Made by a program: the position numbers and the translations under genes. From Octopus sinensis (taxonomy: Eukaryota), in NCBI RefSeq assembly GCF_006345805.1, contig NC_043007.1:23188001-23252000 (forward strand): 64,000 bases of DNA, read 5' to 3'. A model generated the notes under the pieces. The model worked only from the letters and a program-made list of their open reading frames with translations. It was not told the origin of the DNA and ran no database searches. Shown in pieces: positions 1 through 13,723 of this stretch (position 1 is its first letter; every line of letters begins with the position of its first letter).

Positions 1-196
1 GCAAAGTATAAAAAATATATTTTGAAAAAAATAATTTCCCCCATCCCACCTAAAAAAAAGGTTGTAAATTCTTTATCAGAACGCCATTAACCTTTTGGGA
101 GAAGCTTCTTTCTAGTGTGTGTGAGTGCTTTCGATATATATATATACATATATATATTACATATATATATATTATATATATATATATATACTATAT

Positions 197-238
<42 letters not shown>

Positions 239-308
239 CCAACTGCTAAGTCGATATAATTATCTAGCTTCTGACTTCATTTCTGCTCAGTATCATAGAT
301 ATTTGAAA

Positions 309-503
309 AGGAGGCGAACTGGCTCAATTGTTAGCACGCCAAGCAAAATGCTCGGCTGCATTTCGTCTGTCCTTACGCTCTGAGTTCAAATTTCACCAAG
401 CTTGACTTATCCCTTTATCCTTTCGGGTTCGCTAAAATAAGTACTTGTGCATTGGCGTCGATGTAATTGCAAAATTGCTGGCCTTGTATCAAAATTTGAA
501 ACC
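309..503 (+). mobile_element. Degenerate tRNA-headed SINE, family A (alternative 3' tail)
   Basis: Diverged match to the clean family A copies at 51479-51711 and 52294-52528 (GAGTTCAAAT B-box, ...TAAAATAAGTAC... core). Ends in the tail AAAATTGCTGGCCTTGT..AAAATTTGAAACC, also seen at ~11500. Confidence 0.6.
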
Positions 504-649
504 ATTATAAATATTCCGTGTTACTAAATCGATATTTAATATGCTACTGTTATTATGAATAACAATATACTATCGTTATTGAAAATAATGTTGGGTTTAT
601 TGCGTGCTATCTGATGGCCTACCTGCATTTTAAAGACCCATAGTATATT

Positions 650-1243
650 TTTTTCTACTCTAGGCACAAGGCTCGAAACTTTAGGGGGCGGGAGCCAGCC
701 GATTAGATCGACCCCAGTACGCAACTAGTACCTAATTTATCGACCCCGAAAGGATGAAAGACAAAGTCAATCTCAGCGGAATTTGAACTCAGAACGTAAC
801 GGCAGACCAAATACCTATTTCTTTACTACCCACAAGGGGATAAACACAGAGGGAACAAACAAGGACAGACAAACGGATTAAGTCAATTATATCGACCCTA
901 GTACACAACTAGTACGCAACTGGTACCCAATTTATCGACCTCGAAAGGATGAAGGACAAAGTCGACCTCGGCGGAATTTGAACTCAGAACGTAACGGCTG
1001 ACCAAATACCTATTTCTTTACTACCCACACGAGGTTAAACACAGAGGGGACAAATAAGGACAGACAAACGGATTAAGTCAATTATATCGACCCTAGTACG
1101 CAACTGGTACCCAATTTATCGACCTCGAAAGGATGAAGGACAAAGTCGACCTCGGCGGAATTTGATCTCAGAACGTAAAGACAAACGATACACCGCTAAG
1201 CACTTTGCCCAGTGTGCTAACGTTTCTGCCAGCTCAACGCCTT
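650..1243 (-). mobile_element. Family A SINE trimer: one tRNA-like head followed by three body/tail units
   Basis: The ~200 bp body (ATCGACC..GAAAGGATGAA..CAAAGTC..GGCGGAATTTGAACTCAGAACGTAA) occurs three times head-to-tail. A head (GCTAACGTTTCTGCCAGCTC) occurs only once, at ~1215-1243. Confidence 0.8.
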
Positions 1244-1454
1244 GGACCCATAGTATATTAGCAGCGTTATTTTCTAAAACAGATGGAGGCTTATATGCGC
1301 ACTATATATCTTTTCCTCTCGTGAAGCACTAAGGAAAACTAAGGAAATGACTAATAATTTATGTTATTCACAAATTGGTGACAGTTGAAGGATCATCAAC
1401 GTATGTGACGCTGACGATTACAACAAAAGGAGCTGTTACGCGTTCCTTCGATTA

Positions 1455-1640
1455 GCTAGAAACAGTAGCCAAATCTCCATCAAATCTCAAAACACATCGT
1501 AATGTCTTTAAAAAAAATGGAGTTACTCGTAGGATAATATCACACTGGACTTACAAAAAGGAGGGATGGTCACGGAAAGTATGCTCCCTGATCTTGTGTT
1601 TGCTTAATCGGGGCTGACCTAAGTTTAAGCAACAACCACA
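1455..1640 (+). repeat. Representative copy of an old dispersed repeat (core CTAGAAATAGCAGCCAAATCT)
   Basis: The same degenerate core recurs at about 13550, 20710, 27895, 51270, 52700, 59150, 61250 and 63205 in both orientations. Family identity not determined. Confidence 0.5.
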
Positions 1641-2425
1641 GCATCAATATTAACAGTGGTATAATGGGGAAGATATGATATATACTTTCACAACAGTAAA
1701 TAAAGGAAGGAAGAAAGAAAGAATGGTTTTCTATTACAAACTGTTTCCTGTAATCAACACTCCGCTTCTAAAATACTTAACACTATATTCTACTTGTCGC
1801 TTCTACTTAAATATTTTAAAACATTCTTTTACATCATAGCACCCCCCAACTCACCCCCAATCACCTGCCACTGCATTCTCAACGTCCATCTTAAGAAGAT
1901 ATTAGAAAAAGAATAAAAAAAAAAAAGAACAACAAAAGACGTCTCTGTCACTTCTTAGTCAACGGTTTCACCAGTTGTCAATAACTTTCTCACAACTATT
2001 CCTCAACGCTCTTTTTTTTTCCTTTCAATTAACGAACACGATTACGTCTGGCCTTACGTAACACACTGACCTACAGGCTGATCTACACAATGCTTTGTTC
2101 TACGCACAATAACACGGAAGCCGTGCGTAATGTAGATAAGTGTGCACGTTTCTGTGTGTAATAATTATATAATGAGTTGAGGGGAGGTTTGTCCGTTTTC
2201 TTTTTGTTTTGTTTTTAACGTCGCACATGTACTCATACACAGACAAACAAACGTGTATAAACGCGTTTGGATGCTCGTTTACCTACAGCGTAGTTCAGTT
2301 GGAACATTTAATTCGTGTGCGTTTTGCGCGCGCCTGTGTGTGTGGATATTTGAATGCATAGGAAATAATGATTTTAAGTGTGTGTGTAAATATATACACG
2401 TATGTAAGTATGTATATCAAACTTA

Positions 2426-2817
2426 GTGGAGGCGCAATGGCCCAGTGGTTAGGGCAGCGGACTCGCGGTCATAGGATCGCGGTTTCGATTCCCAGACCGG
2501 GCGTTGTGAGTGTTTATTGAGCGAAAACACCTAAAAGCTCCACGAGGCTCCGGCAGGGGATGGTGGTGATCCCTGCTGTACTCTTTCACCACAACTTTCT
2601 CTCACTCTCACTCTTACTTCCTGTTTCTGTTGTACCTGTATTTCAAAGGGACAGCCTTGTCACTCTCTGTGTCACGCTGAATATCCCCGAGAACTACGTT
2701 AAGGGTACACGTGTCTGTGGAGTGCTCAGTCACTTACACGTTAATTTCACGAGCAGGCTGTTTCGTTGATTCGGATCAACCGGAACCCTCGTCGTCGTAA
2801 CCGACGGAGTGCTTCCA
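2426..2817 (+). mobile_element. tRNA-headed SINE, head C + tail 1 (young, full length)
   Basis: A-box TGGCCCAGTGG and B-box GGTTTCGATTCC, followed by a CORE-like GTGTTTATTGAGCGAAAACACCTAAA segment. Nearly identical to 30681-31070 and 52740-53122. Confidence 0.85.
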
Positions 2818-3035
2818 TCCATCTCTAACTATCCATAACACATCTTTACGAATCATTGAAAGTGTGTTAAAGGATTTGTCTTATTATTTGGATTATAATT
2901 GACTCTTCGCCACACCCACACTTGAAGAGTTTCGGTATTAGTCTCGAATCCGACAGTGTTGATAACCCAGAATTTGGGTTGAGTGTTTCTCTGGAAATAT
3001 CTTACCTTTACACCTTTACACACACACACACACGC

Positions 3036-3074
<39 letters not shown>

Positions 3075-3121
3075 ACACACATACACACACGCACGTATAT
3101 ATAAATATATATTGATTTAAA

Positions 3122-3315
3122 ATTTTAGCACAAGGTCAGCTATTTCGGGGAGGTGGTAAATCGATTACATCGACCCCAGTGTTTAACTGGAACCTATTTT
3201 ATCGTCCCCGAAAGGCAAAGTGGGCCAAGGCGGAATTTGAACTAAAAAAACGTAAAGCCAGATGAATTGCCGCTAAGCATCTTGCCCAGCGTGATATCAA
3301 TTTCGCCAGCTCAAC
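3122..3315 (-). mobile_element. Degenerate family A SINE
   Basis: Reverse-complement similarity to family A head and core (ATCGACCCCAGTG..GGCGGAATTTGAACT..GCCAGCTC). Confidence 0.65.
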
Positions 3316-3624
3316 TATATATATATATATATATATATATATGAGTGTGTGTGTGTATATGTATATATATCTGTATGTATATATATATATACATATATAT
3401 ATTATACTATATTATTATTGATATAAGGCAATCAATATTAGAAAATTCTTCAGAAAGATATATACATATTCAAAATAATTGTTGTATTAAAGATATAAAT
3501 ATATATAAATATATGTAAATATGTATAAATATATAATATATATGACAGTTTAAAAGATTTGAATTAAGTTTTTAAAGCATCTTACGATCGTTTCACAAAA
3601 GTGCTGTCCCTATAATGAAATCCA

Positions 3625-4240
3625 ATATTGATAAGCATTTATTGACAACTCTTCTGCTCTTCAGAGATATAAAATTTGAATGTTGTATAATATATCGAAT
3701 GGTAGTTTTCTTTTTTAAATTTGAAGTAATACTATAAAATTGTGTTTGTTTGAAATATAAATCAAAAATTAAAAATTACTGCTTTTGATTTTGGTAAGTA
3801 CACTTTAGTATGAGAGTCTTTAAATCCATATATACTCCCTTGGTTAGTCTTCTGTAATAATCCATAATAGTTATGTGTAAAATCCATTATATTGTCTTGT
3901 ATTCCAAATATAGTTCATAGACTTAGATAATATAGAATTATGGAATTCTATATTGATAAGCATTTATAAATAACTCTGCTTCTGTTCAGTATTATCAAAT
4001 GTGAAATTTGTATAATTTATCGAATGGTAGTTTTTTTTAAAATTATGAAGTAATATGGGAAAACGGTGTTTTTTTTAAATATAAATTAAAAATTACTGCT
4101 TTTGATTTTGGTAAGTACACTTTAGTATGAGAATCTTGAACTTCATATATGCCTACTTGGTAATTCTTCTGTAGCAATCCATAATAATTATGTATAAAGT
4201 CCATTTTATTGTCCTGTATTCTAAATATAGTTCATAGACT
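3625..4240. repeat. Diverged ~325 bp tandem duplication inside a (TA)n-flanked AT-rich element, probably PLE-derived
   Basis: ATATTGATAAGCATTT starts at 3625 and again at 3950. The block TTTTGATTTTGGTAAGTACACTTTAGTATGAGA is present twice. The adjacent minus-strand GAAACGATCGTA (~3583-3594) matches the hammerhead 3' half at 37452. Confidence 0.6.
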
Positions 4241-4480
4241 CTATATAAAACATATATTTGAAATTATATGTGAAGTTATATATATATATAATATATCATT
4301 GTTTGATTTCACTTTTTCAATATCAGTGTCAGTATATATATATTATATATATATATATATATATATCATATATTATATATATATATATAATATATTATAT
4401 ATACTACTAATATCGGATGATTTTTTGTAGAAAAAAGTTTCATAAAAAAGTGGCAGCATATTAAAATCCATTAAAGGAAA

Positions 4481-4881
<401 letters not shown>

Positions 4882-4986
4882 ATATATATATATGTATATA
4901 TAATATATCGAGTTAGTTAGTATTTATCTACTTCGATCTCAACCGTTTAATGGAATATTCCTGTTCTAAATTCCTTTGGTGTAAGC

Positions 4987-5020
<34 letters not shown>

Positions 5021-5036
5021 ATAATCTCTTTTGCTA

Positions 5037-5215
5037 TTTTACTTGTTTCAGTCACTTGACTACTGCTATGCTGGAGCTTCGTCTTAAAGGGTGTTAGTCG
5101 AAGAAATCGACACCAAAACTTATTCTTTGTAAGCCTAGTACTTATTCTATCGCTGCCTTTTGCCGAACCGCTAATGTTACGGGGACATAAACACACCAAC
5201 ATCGATGGGACATAC
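5037..5215 (-). mobile_element. Family B SINE, 3' fragment
   Basis: Matches the 3' half of family B (TTATTCTTTGTAAGCCTAGTACTTATTCTATCG..GCCGAACCGCTAA). Confidence 0.7.
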
Positions 5216-5315
5216 AACACCTTATTTATATATATACATATATGTATTGTATGTATATATATATGTACTATATATAGATATATATGTATATGTATGTATA
5301 TATATATATATATTA

Positions 5316-5351
<36 letters not shown>

Positions 5352-6137
5352 TATTAATAATCAATCCAAGGAAAAATATCATTTTCTTGTAAGGGATGTA
5401 AAAAATTCAATTTTCAATCGTTCTTCAGTTAGATACCACAATATAGTAGAGAAAAAATTTCGAACTTAAAATGATATAATTTCAATATATAATTATTAAA
5501 GGGAATAGAGAAATACAATTTATTTATAATAAAAAAATTCATTTACATTATAATACAATTTAATCATACTATAAAAAGATATGATATAATATAATATAGC
5601 AAATAACTAGAACAATTTGTTTCGACTCATATACACTAGTTAATTTATGAAAATTCACATTTATGAATATGAGTCTCCTCAGGGTAATGTTTGTCTAAGA
5701 ATACACAAAATTTCGTGCAAGGACTACTAAACCATGGAATAGAAATTAAAATATAACTATGTTTACAAGCGTGAGCGTTAATGATTTTAAAATAAATTAA
5801 ATACACAAAACAATTACAACGGTCATAAAATGTACTTATGCATCTTTAATAATATTAATCTAAAGATATTTTAATCTAAAATACTTACTGCCCATTGTTA
5901 TTATATAATAAAATCTATATAATATGTTAAGAATATATGGTGGAGTAGGAAATATATCTTATTTATAATTTCTATTTACTATTATGAAAAAATTGCAGGA
6001 TATATATTTGCTTTAATTATTTGTTATAATATATCTTTTTATAGTATAATTATATTAATGATGTAAATAAATGTTTATGTCATTTGTATTTCTCTGTTTC
6101 CTTTAATATCTATAATATATATATATATATATATATA

Positions 6138-6182
<45 letters not shown>

Positions 6183-6294
6183 GGTGTGTGTGTGTGTGCG
6201 TGTGTGTGTGTTGTGGTATGTATATATATATATATATATATAATATATATGTATGTATATATACATATAGATAAGGATGTCTGTGTGTACATAC

Positions 6295-6341
<47 letters not shown>

Positions 6342-6567
6342 TAGAGAGAGAGAGAGAGAAAGAGAGATAGAGAGAGGATCGTGTTATCACAGAAAGCTGT
6401 TCTAACGGAATCGGCTACCTAACTACATAGTTATCCAATACAGAGAAATGTAAAGAATGTAACGCAGAGCGCCTGTGTAGAGGGACCCGTTTAATGAAAT
6501 TCCCTTTCGAGGACTATATAAACCATTAAAAGTGAGGGAGTACAAGAGATAAATATATATTTTTCAA

Positions 6568-6741
6568 CCACTTTACGTCCTCGGGATTACAGCAGCTTCG
6601 CGGCCTTCTTCATGTGGTAATAATTTCATTGTAGGATAGAATTATGTTTACAAACATCTAAACATAATTTTATTCCACACCTAAATTTTTACTACATGAA
6701 GAAGACTGCCAAACGGCCCTAATTGCAAGAATGTAAAGTGG
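6568..6741. mobile_element. Old MITE with ~60 bp diverged TIRs, possibly piggyBac-like
   Basis: CCACTTTAC..TTCTTCATGTGGTAATAATTT is mirrored by AAATTTTTACTACATGAAGAA..GTAAAGTGG. The right flank is TTAA and the left flank TCAA. Confidence 0.4.
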
Positions 6742-7633
6742 TTAAATGAATACATTCATCTCTCTTTCATCCTGACATTTTATAGTTTACATACATACAT
6801 GCATGCATACATACATACATGTCTGTTTTTCCGTTTTGTCGATTTCCTATACTACGTTTTCAGTATATGTACACATGTATGTATGCACATGTGTGTGTGT
6901 GTGTGTGGTGTGTGTGTGTGTGTGTGTGTGTATTCCAAAGAATCAAGATTTTCTCCAAACTTGACGTATCTTTTATGAAAAGGATAGGCTTATCGTCTGG
7001 ATATAGGAGGACAGTTGTTAATACGTGTTTTTGCCTCAACAGTTGATATCAGCACGACAATTAGTCTAACCGCTCTCCTGCAACCAAAAGAGATAGATAT
7101 ACGCAAAAATAGCAAAAAACACATTTATAGGCTAGGTAATCTCCATAAATTAAACAAAAATAACCATAGAGAAATAACTCAGAGTGGACAGCGGCATGTA
7201 TGTGAACAATATAGAGAAACAGTGTTATATTCGATACTATACAGAATAAATTCTTGATCTTTAACTCTATTTATGACGTCTAAATGATGTCACACGCACG
7301 CAGATGTGTGTATATACACTATGCGTCTGCATTGCATAATCCATTTGACCATCCGCCGTTCATGCATCCGTCCATCTATCCATCCATATATACAGAACAT
7401 TTTGCGTCGGTACGTTATTTTAGTTATTTCAGTATGAAGTTTGAAAAGGTTTCTCCATTTCTACGACCCGGTCAGTGGTGCAAAGGAGAGAGAGATAACG
7501 AGAGGCAAAGAGATTATTCACACCCCCACGCCCCCACAAACATACACACACATACGTGTGTGTGTGTATGTATGCATATATAATATGCATATCTACATGT
7601 ATATGGAAGAGCTGGTGCGAAAGAGCATCATGA

Positions 7634-7748
<115 letters not shown>

Positions 7749-7759
7749 ATATCTATCTA

Positions 7760-7824
<65 letters not shown>

Positions 7825-7866
7825 GATATATATAATGTCTATCCATCTATCTGTCTATATATATAA

Positions 7867-8190
7867 TATAACAATAATTAAGGGTTTAGCAACGAGTTGC
7901 TTAACCACATACCGAAAAATTTAGAAACAGCAGCTAAAAGACTGTTATTTCTTTTCGCGACAAAATATGGAGTCATATTTTGTAGCGAAAAGAATAATGG
8001 TCTTTTGGCTGCTGTTTCTAAATTTTTCGGTATGTGGTTAAGCAACTCGTTGCTAAACCCTTAATTATTGTTATAATTACATATAAAACTCCTTGTATAA
8101 GTTTTTACCGAATATGGTTACTTTCGATACCGAAACTACTTGGTGAAATTTATTAATTATGAATTAATAATTTTTTACCCTATATCTATA
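7867..8190. mobile_element. (TA)n-embedded fold-back element (~100 bp arms, 4 nt loop, plus unique tail)
   Basis: Arms 7867-7969 and 7974-8074 are near-perfect inverted repeats. Homologous, in opposite orientation, to 55690-56075. Confidence 0.8.
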
Positions 8191-8631
8191 ATATATATAT
8201 ATATGAATATATAATGTAAGTAACAGAGACTTTTGGAGCAGGGAAGGTGATGGCAATGAAATGTTCATGGGTTGGAGATGGGAACAATGAGATGTTATTG
8301 ACAAGGAGTCAGAGGTGTGTGATATCGTGTGATGTTGATCGCGTTGCTTTTCTTTACACGAAATGAGAAGATACATTGCGGAGCTGTTATTTTTATGAGT
8401 TGTATCTATTTATCACCCGAATAGACACATCTACACCGTCGGATGCTCCTGAAACCAGTTGTTAAGTATCCCAGCCGTGACGGATCGATGCTAGATGTGT
8501 CGAAACAATTGTAATGATTAATAAAAATTCTCGTATCTTCCATCTTCTATCTGTCATTTTCCATATACATAACGAACACTGCAAAAGGTACAGACCATTC
8601 GAGCTATTATCTATATCTGTATATATATATA

Positions 8632-9011
8632 CTAGCAGTATCGCCCGGCGTTGCTCAGGTTTGTAAGGGAAATAACTATAAAGCATTTTTAGAGAGTTAT
8701 AGCCAAAAAATAGCAAAAAAATGGAAAAAATGATGGTAAATTTTTTTTTGAGATTTAAAAAAGGTGGAGTTGCGTCCCCTAGACAGTTTGTGGTTCGTGT
8801 TTCTGATTCTCGACCCCATGTCGAATTTATCGATTTTTTTCAGAACTGGGGGAACTTTTCAAAATTTTCGCTGCGTTAGTTTTGAATTATGACATTGGGC
8901 TATGTGTGTGTCAAGTTTCATCAGAATCGGTTGAAAGCCGTGGTCAGAGTGAGGGTACAAGCAAACAGACACACAGAAACACGCACAGACAAACTGCCGT
9001 TTATATATAGA
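8632..9011 (-). mobile_element. Non-autonomous Helitron-like element
   Basis: On the minus strand it begins TC (A|TCTATATATAAA) and ends with a GC-rich hairpin (CCTGAGCAACGCCGGGCG) followed by CTAG|T, the canonical Helitron ends at an A-T target. It shares its terminal ~130 bp with 32476-32764. Confidence 0.65.
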
Positions 9012-9231
9012 TATATATATATATATATAAATAAATATAAATTATACTTTATATATATACATACACACGTATACATACATATATATAAATTCTATTACAC
9101 ATTCCATTTCCTATTTTATTAATACTGTTACCCCAACCGCCACTACGAAGTTCCTACGGATAACAAAAGGTAATCGAAACTGTGCTGGTGCTTTACTCAT
9201 CATCTATTTATACATTCTGTACAATGTCTCC

Positions 9232-9828
<597 letters not shown>

Positions 9829-11189
9829 TATATATAATTTGCATACATACATGTATGTGGAAAAGCTAATCAAAGCTGACCTGGGGCGAAGCAACATCAA
9901 AAACAACAACACCTACACATTTCTGGGCATTACCATCATTTTCAGTACAACAGAAAACAAACAATAACACTCCCAACAGCAACATCGTCACCACGACCAA
10001 CACCACACGATATTACAAACCTCTCTCTCCTTGCCAATAGCATCTCATTGTTCCCATCTCCATCCCGACGAACATTTCCTTCTGCCATCACCTTCTTCCC
10101 TGCTCCCAAAGTCTCGTCACCATCACCGACGCCATAACAATCATGTAACAAAGACGCTCATTATTGAAGACCTCATGAAATTTTGAAAGGAAGCCTTGTT
10201 CGTGATTCGTCTGCAGTTTTCCCATGCTTGCTGTCCTCTCCCTTACACGCTGACAACTGCTTTGCACGATAAACACTTTGGTGCCAACTGCTGAAGATCC
10301 TGCTAGCGTTTGGTCCTTCTCGTCACTATATCTAAATTAACATCTGCCGCTAGATGATTGAAAGCTTGATCAAAACTCCATTCTATTTTTATTCAATGAT
10401 TCATATTTCCTGCTTAATCCTAACCAGACTAGACTTAAACGTTAAGAAATAGAGACATAGTAAATATTAGATTTTCTCAGAGCTAGGCACTAACATTCTA
10501 TAAACTAGGGTTGGGAAAATGAGAATAATCCAATTCACATTGTTCCCAAGAGTATTAATGGCATAAGTAAAAATTATTTACATCCTCTGACTTGGTATTG
10601 ATATTTTTGTAAGAATCTCAACTCGCTGGTTTATACCTCTCCGAATATTTATATCAGTGACGCAGAATATATATTTCCTTTCAAGTCAACAAGGTCGTAA
10701 CAATGCAGCTGATTCACCTGCTAGAAATATCAGCCATAACTTTATAAAATTGTGGTATTCATGTCTTTACTTCGGGCAATTTTCTGACAGTTGCGAAATA
10801 AAATGACTAGTGAAAACCTCATCACTAGCTAAACTTTCAGTGAGCTAAACCACTTTATCATAAGCATAAAACCAATCATTTATAGGAGAGTGGGGCGGGA
10901 AAACTGAGACTGCATGACATTTATACTTTTCACAAGCTGCATAAGATTCTAAACTAGTTCGCCCAGAGCTTACTTTCATTTGCAGCTGAGACCATAAATT
11001 AGAAGCAAGTCTGCTATAGAACAGAAGTAAGCTTACGATCACCCTAAAATGCATAGACATAGCCTGTCGCCTAGTTTTTACGTCACTACCCGACCTTTAA
11101 TTTGCCTTTAGTGGAGTCCACTCTGTTACATGCATTCGGATCATTTCTCTGGTCTATGAAAAAGTCATAAGCTGTGGTTTCATTCTTAC

Positions 11190-11255
11190 TTTCCTCATCA
11201 GTTTCAAAAGCCGTGCAAAATGGTCATGAGCGCTATCATTCCTCTTCTGACAGAA
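11190..11255 (-). CDS. Candidate isolated 66-nt coding exon (FCQKRNDSAHDHFARLLKLMRK), host gene unknown
   Basis: Minus-strand acceptor TTATTTATTTTATTATAG, 22 open codons in phase 0/0, donor AAA|GTAAGA. No homology recognised. Confidence 0.35.
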
Positions 11256-11329
11256 CTATAATAAAATAAATAAGAATTTTCAGTTGAGATACTTTGACAT
11301 CATCGTTCTAAGTCAGCAAGCTCGGAGAA

Positions 11330-11528
11330 TCCTTCGCACCTCGGATAAAATGTTTAACGGCATTTCTTCCGACTCTTTAGGTTCTGTGTTCAAAATTCCA
11401 CCGCGGTCGACTTTGTCTTTTATCTTTCGGATGGCAGTAAAATAAGTACAAGTAAAAAACTGGGGTCAATGTAATTGACCTGCCGCGCCCCTCAAAATTG
11501 CTGGCCTTGTGCCATAATTTGAAGCCAA
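11330..11528 (+). mobile_element. Degenerate family A SINE (alternative tail)
   Basis: GTTCAAAATTCCACCGCGGTCGACTTTGTCTTTTATCTTT core and AAAATTGCTGGCCTTGTGCC tail. Confidence 0.55.
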
Positions 11529-12804
11529 TATTTTGACACCATTCTATTGGGTATTAACATGAAACAATTTCATTTGTTCAGCCATGTTAAGCGTGATACC
11601 CTGCATCTACCCTGCGTCTACCCTGCGCCTACCCTGCGTTCGTGATACCCTGCGAAAGGTTAGTCGATAGCATCGATTTCAGTACTTAACAGTTACTTTA
11701 TTTTATCGAATCTGTTCAGCTGGTAAAGGTGTATTAAATCCTCTGATTGCAGACACAGGTGAGCGTTTAAGAAGTTTGTTTCGCAATCGCGTAGTTCTGA
11801 CTTCGATTCCAGTATGCGTGCGCATTGGACAAATGTCTTCTCTCATAACTTTGGATGAAAATTAGTTGACGGAATATGTGCGGATACCTCCCCACTCAAT
11901 TTCTCTCTCTCTCTCATACACATTCATGCGTACACACACACACATATACACACATGATATCTCGTCGAAAAGATTAAGAATGTAAGATCATAACTTTTAT
12001 AAAATGATTTTTATTAACCCCGATGGAGTAGCTTCTATTCCACAGTTGAATTATAATTATCAATCGTAAGATATAATTGAAAACAGAATAAGCCTTCTTC
12101 TTCTTCTTATTATTATTATTGTTGTTGTTGTTGTTGTTATTAAAATAAAACCGATTAACCAATCAAAATACCGCTTGAAGTTATGTAAAAATGCGTTACA
12201 CAATTTGCAAAATTAAAGATTCATTAATTTCCTCAGCACAGGTGTGCCACTTCACAGCTTCTTATATAAGAAATAGCTGAAATTCGCCTGTGGTACTAAA
12301 AAGTGGTCCATGTGCAGAATCCTTCGTTAATTACGTATCGTTGTTGGTTATCCCAACAAATCTTGGTTGAGCAGACTGAGGCTCAAACCTACGATTATTT
12401 AGTAATAAAGAAAGAGTCCCTTCCTCTCAAGTACAGGATCCTAAGTTGGCTTTTTGTTGTTATTTAGAATTCAGCGAGAGTTCAGATTAACGAAGTAACC
12501 ACACGGCTAAGCCCACACAAACTTTGAATTACTAGGTTTACTAAGTTTACACTACGATCCGGTCAAGATCATCCCATAATTTGTGTATCCATGGGCTAAA
12601 ATTGTCCAGTGTATTCTCTTCTTAAAGTAAACAAGCAAACAGAACAAAACAAAACGAGTTTCATTTGAGGGAAATGTAGCTCATATATCTAGGAGATCCA
12701 ACTCCCACGTGGAGGTTGATCTATGTTACAATTGTTCTTAAGGGACAGAGTCAGAATATCAGCGTGAGAATTACACAACAGCATTTTGATAACCGTGAAA
12801 GGTG

Positions 12805-13095
12805 GTGGTAGTGGTGGTGGGGCTCTTCTTCTTCTTCTTCTTCTTCTTCTCTTCTTCTTCTTCTTCTTCTTCTTCTCCTCCTCCTCCTCCTCCTTCTCCT
12901 CCTCCTTCTTCTTCTTCTTCTCCTCCTCCTCCTACCCTCCTCCTCCTCCTCCTCCTTCTTCTTCTTCTTCTTCTTCTTCTTCTTCTTCTTCTCCTGCTCC
13001 TCCTTCTCCTGCTCCTCCTTCTCCTTCTCCTCCTTCCCTCCTCCTCCTCCTCCTCCTTCTCCTCCTCCTCCTCCTCCTCCCCCTTCTTCTTCACC
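12805..13095. repeat. (CTT)n/(CCT)n low-complexity tract
   Basis: Direct reading. It generates the spurious poly-E/R/S/P ORFs in the track. Confidence 0.95.
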
Positions 13096-13679
13096 AAGTA
13101 AACTCAATGTAGAGGAGGAGGATGGGGGTAGGGTCAACTGGAATAAACGAATTATATAAGCAGTTGTTAAGCAAAGTTTGTGTTGGAGTTATTACTAAGG
13201 CGTTGCCATTTCTACAAGAAAGGAATTCCGAACTGAAACATCAAAAGTTTCTCATAATCTAATCCAGTCCAAGAATGCAGAAACTCTTCCAAATGTACAT
13301 AAGAGACTAGCTTTGTTTATATCATTACCGTCATGATTACAATGCTGTTGCTATAGTTATTATTGTTGTTGTTGTATAGCCCCAGGCTCCTCTGATAAAA
13401 AAAAAGCTGATGATCACAGGCGTTCTAGCTGTGACCATCTCGTTTTTTGGGGTTTTTTTTAGACATATTGTATCTAGGAACTGCAATATCCGATGTATCC
13501 GTTCCCTCACTAAAACGTTTCGATGTGATATAAGGAAATTTTAGAGATTTAGTTACTATTTCTAGCTTGCTGTTGTTTGCTGTCGCCGCGAAACTATACA
13601 TACATATATGCATACATACACACATACATACATACATACATACATACATACATACATACATACATACATACATACATAC

Positions 13680-13723
<44 letters not shown>

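Noticed and set aside
2426-2500. tRNA gene calls at SINE heads
   Set aside because: A and B boxes are present, but the sequences continue directly into SINE bodies and lack a full acceptor stem.
2560-2769. Near-identical ORF MVVIPAVLFHHNF.. at three loci (also 30733-30936 and 52787-52990)
   Set aside because: It lies within the non-coding SINE C + tail 1 body, so recurrence reflects SINE copy number.
8095-8150. CCGAATA..GAAA motif in the tail of the 7.9/55.7 kb family as a hammerhead
   Set aside because: G8 is absent and no NUH triplet lines up with stem I in either copy. Left uncalled pending a family consensus.
11170-11202. Minus-strand CTGATGA..GAAAC resembling a hammerhead core
   Set aside because: The intervening GGAAAGTAAGAAT cannot form stem II. 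The site is better explained as an exon/donor junction.
11596-11655. TACCCTGCGTC 11-bp repeats, and short tandem duplications at 32276-32330 and 53236-53285, as CRISPR-like or regulatory arrays
   Set aside because: No unique spacers, eukaryotic context, and only 2-5 copies. Ordinary slippage products.
12751-13137. Poly-Glu/Arg/Lys and poly-Ser/Pro ORFs
   Set aside because: Trinucleotide low-complexity tract with no splice or domain support.
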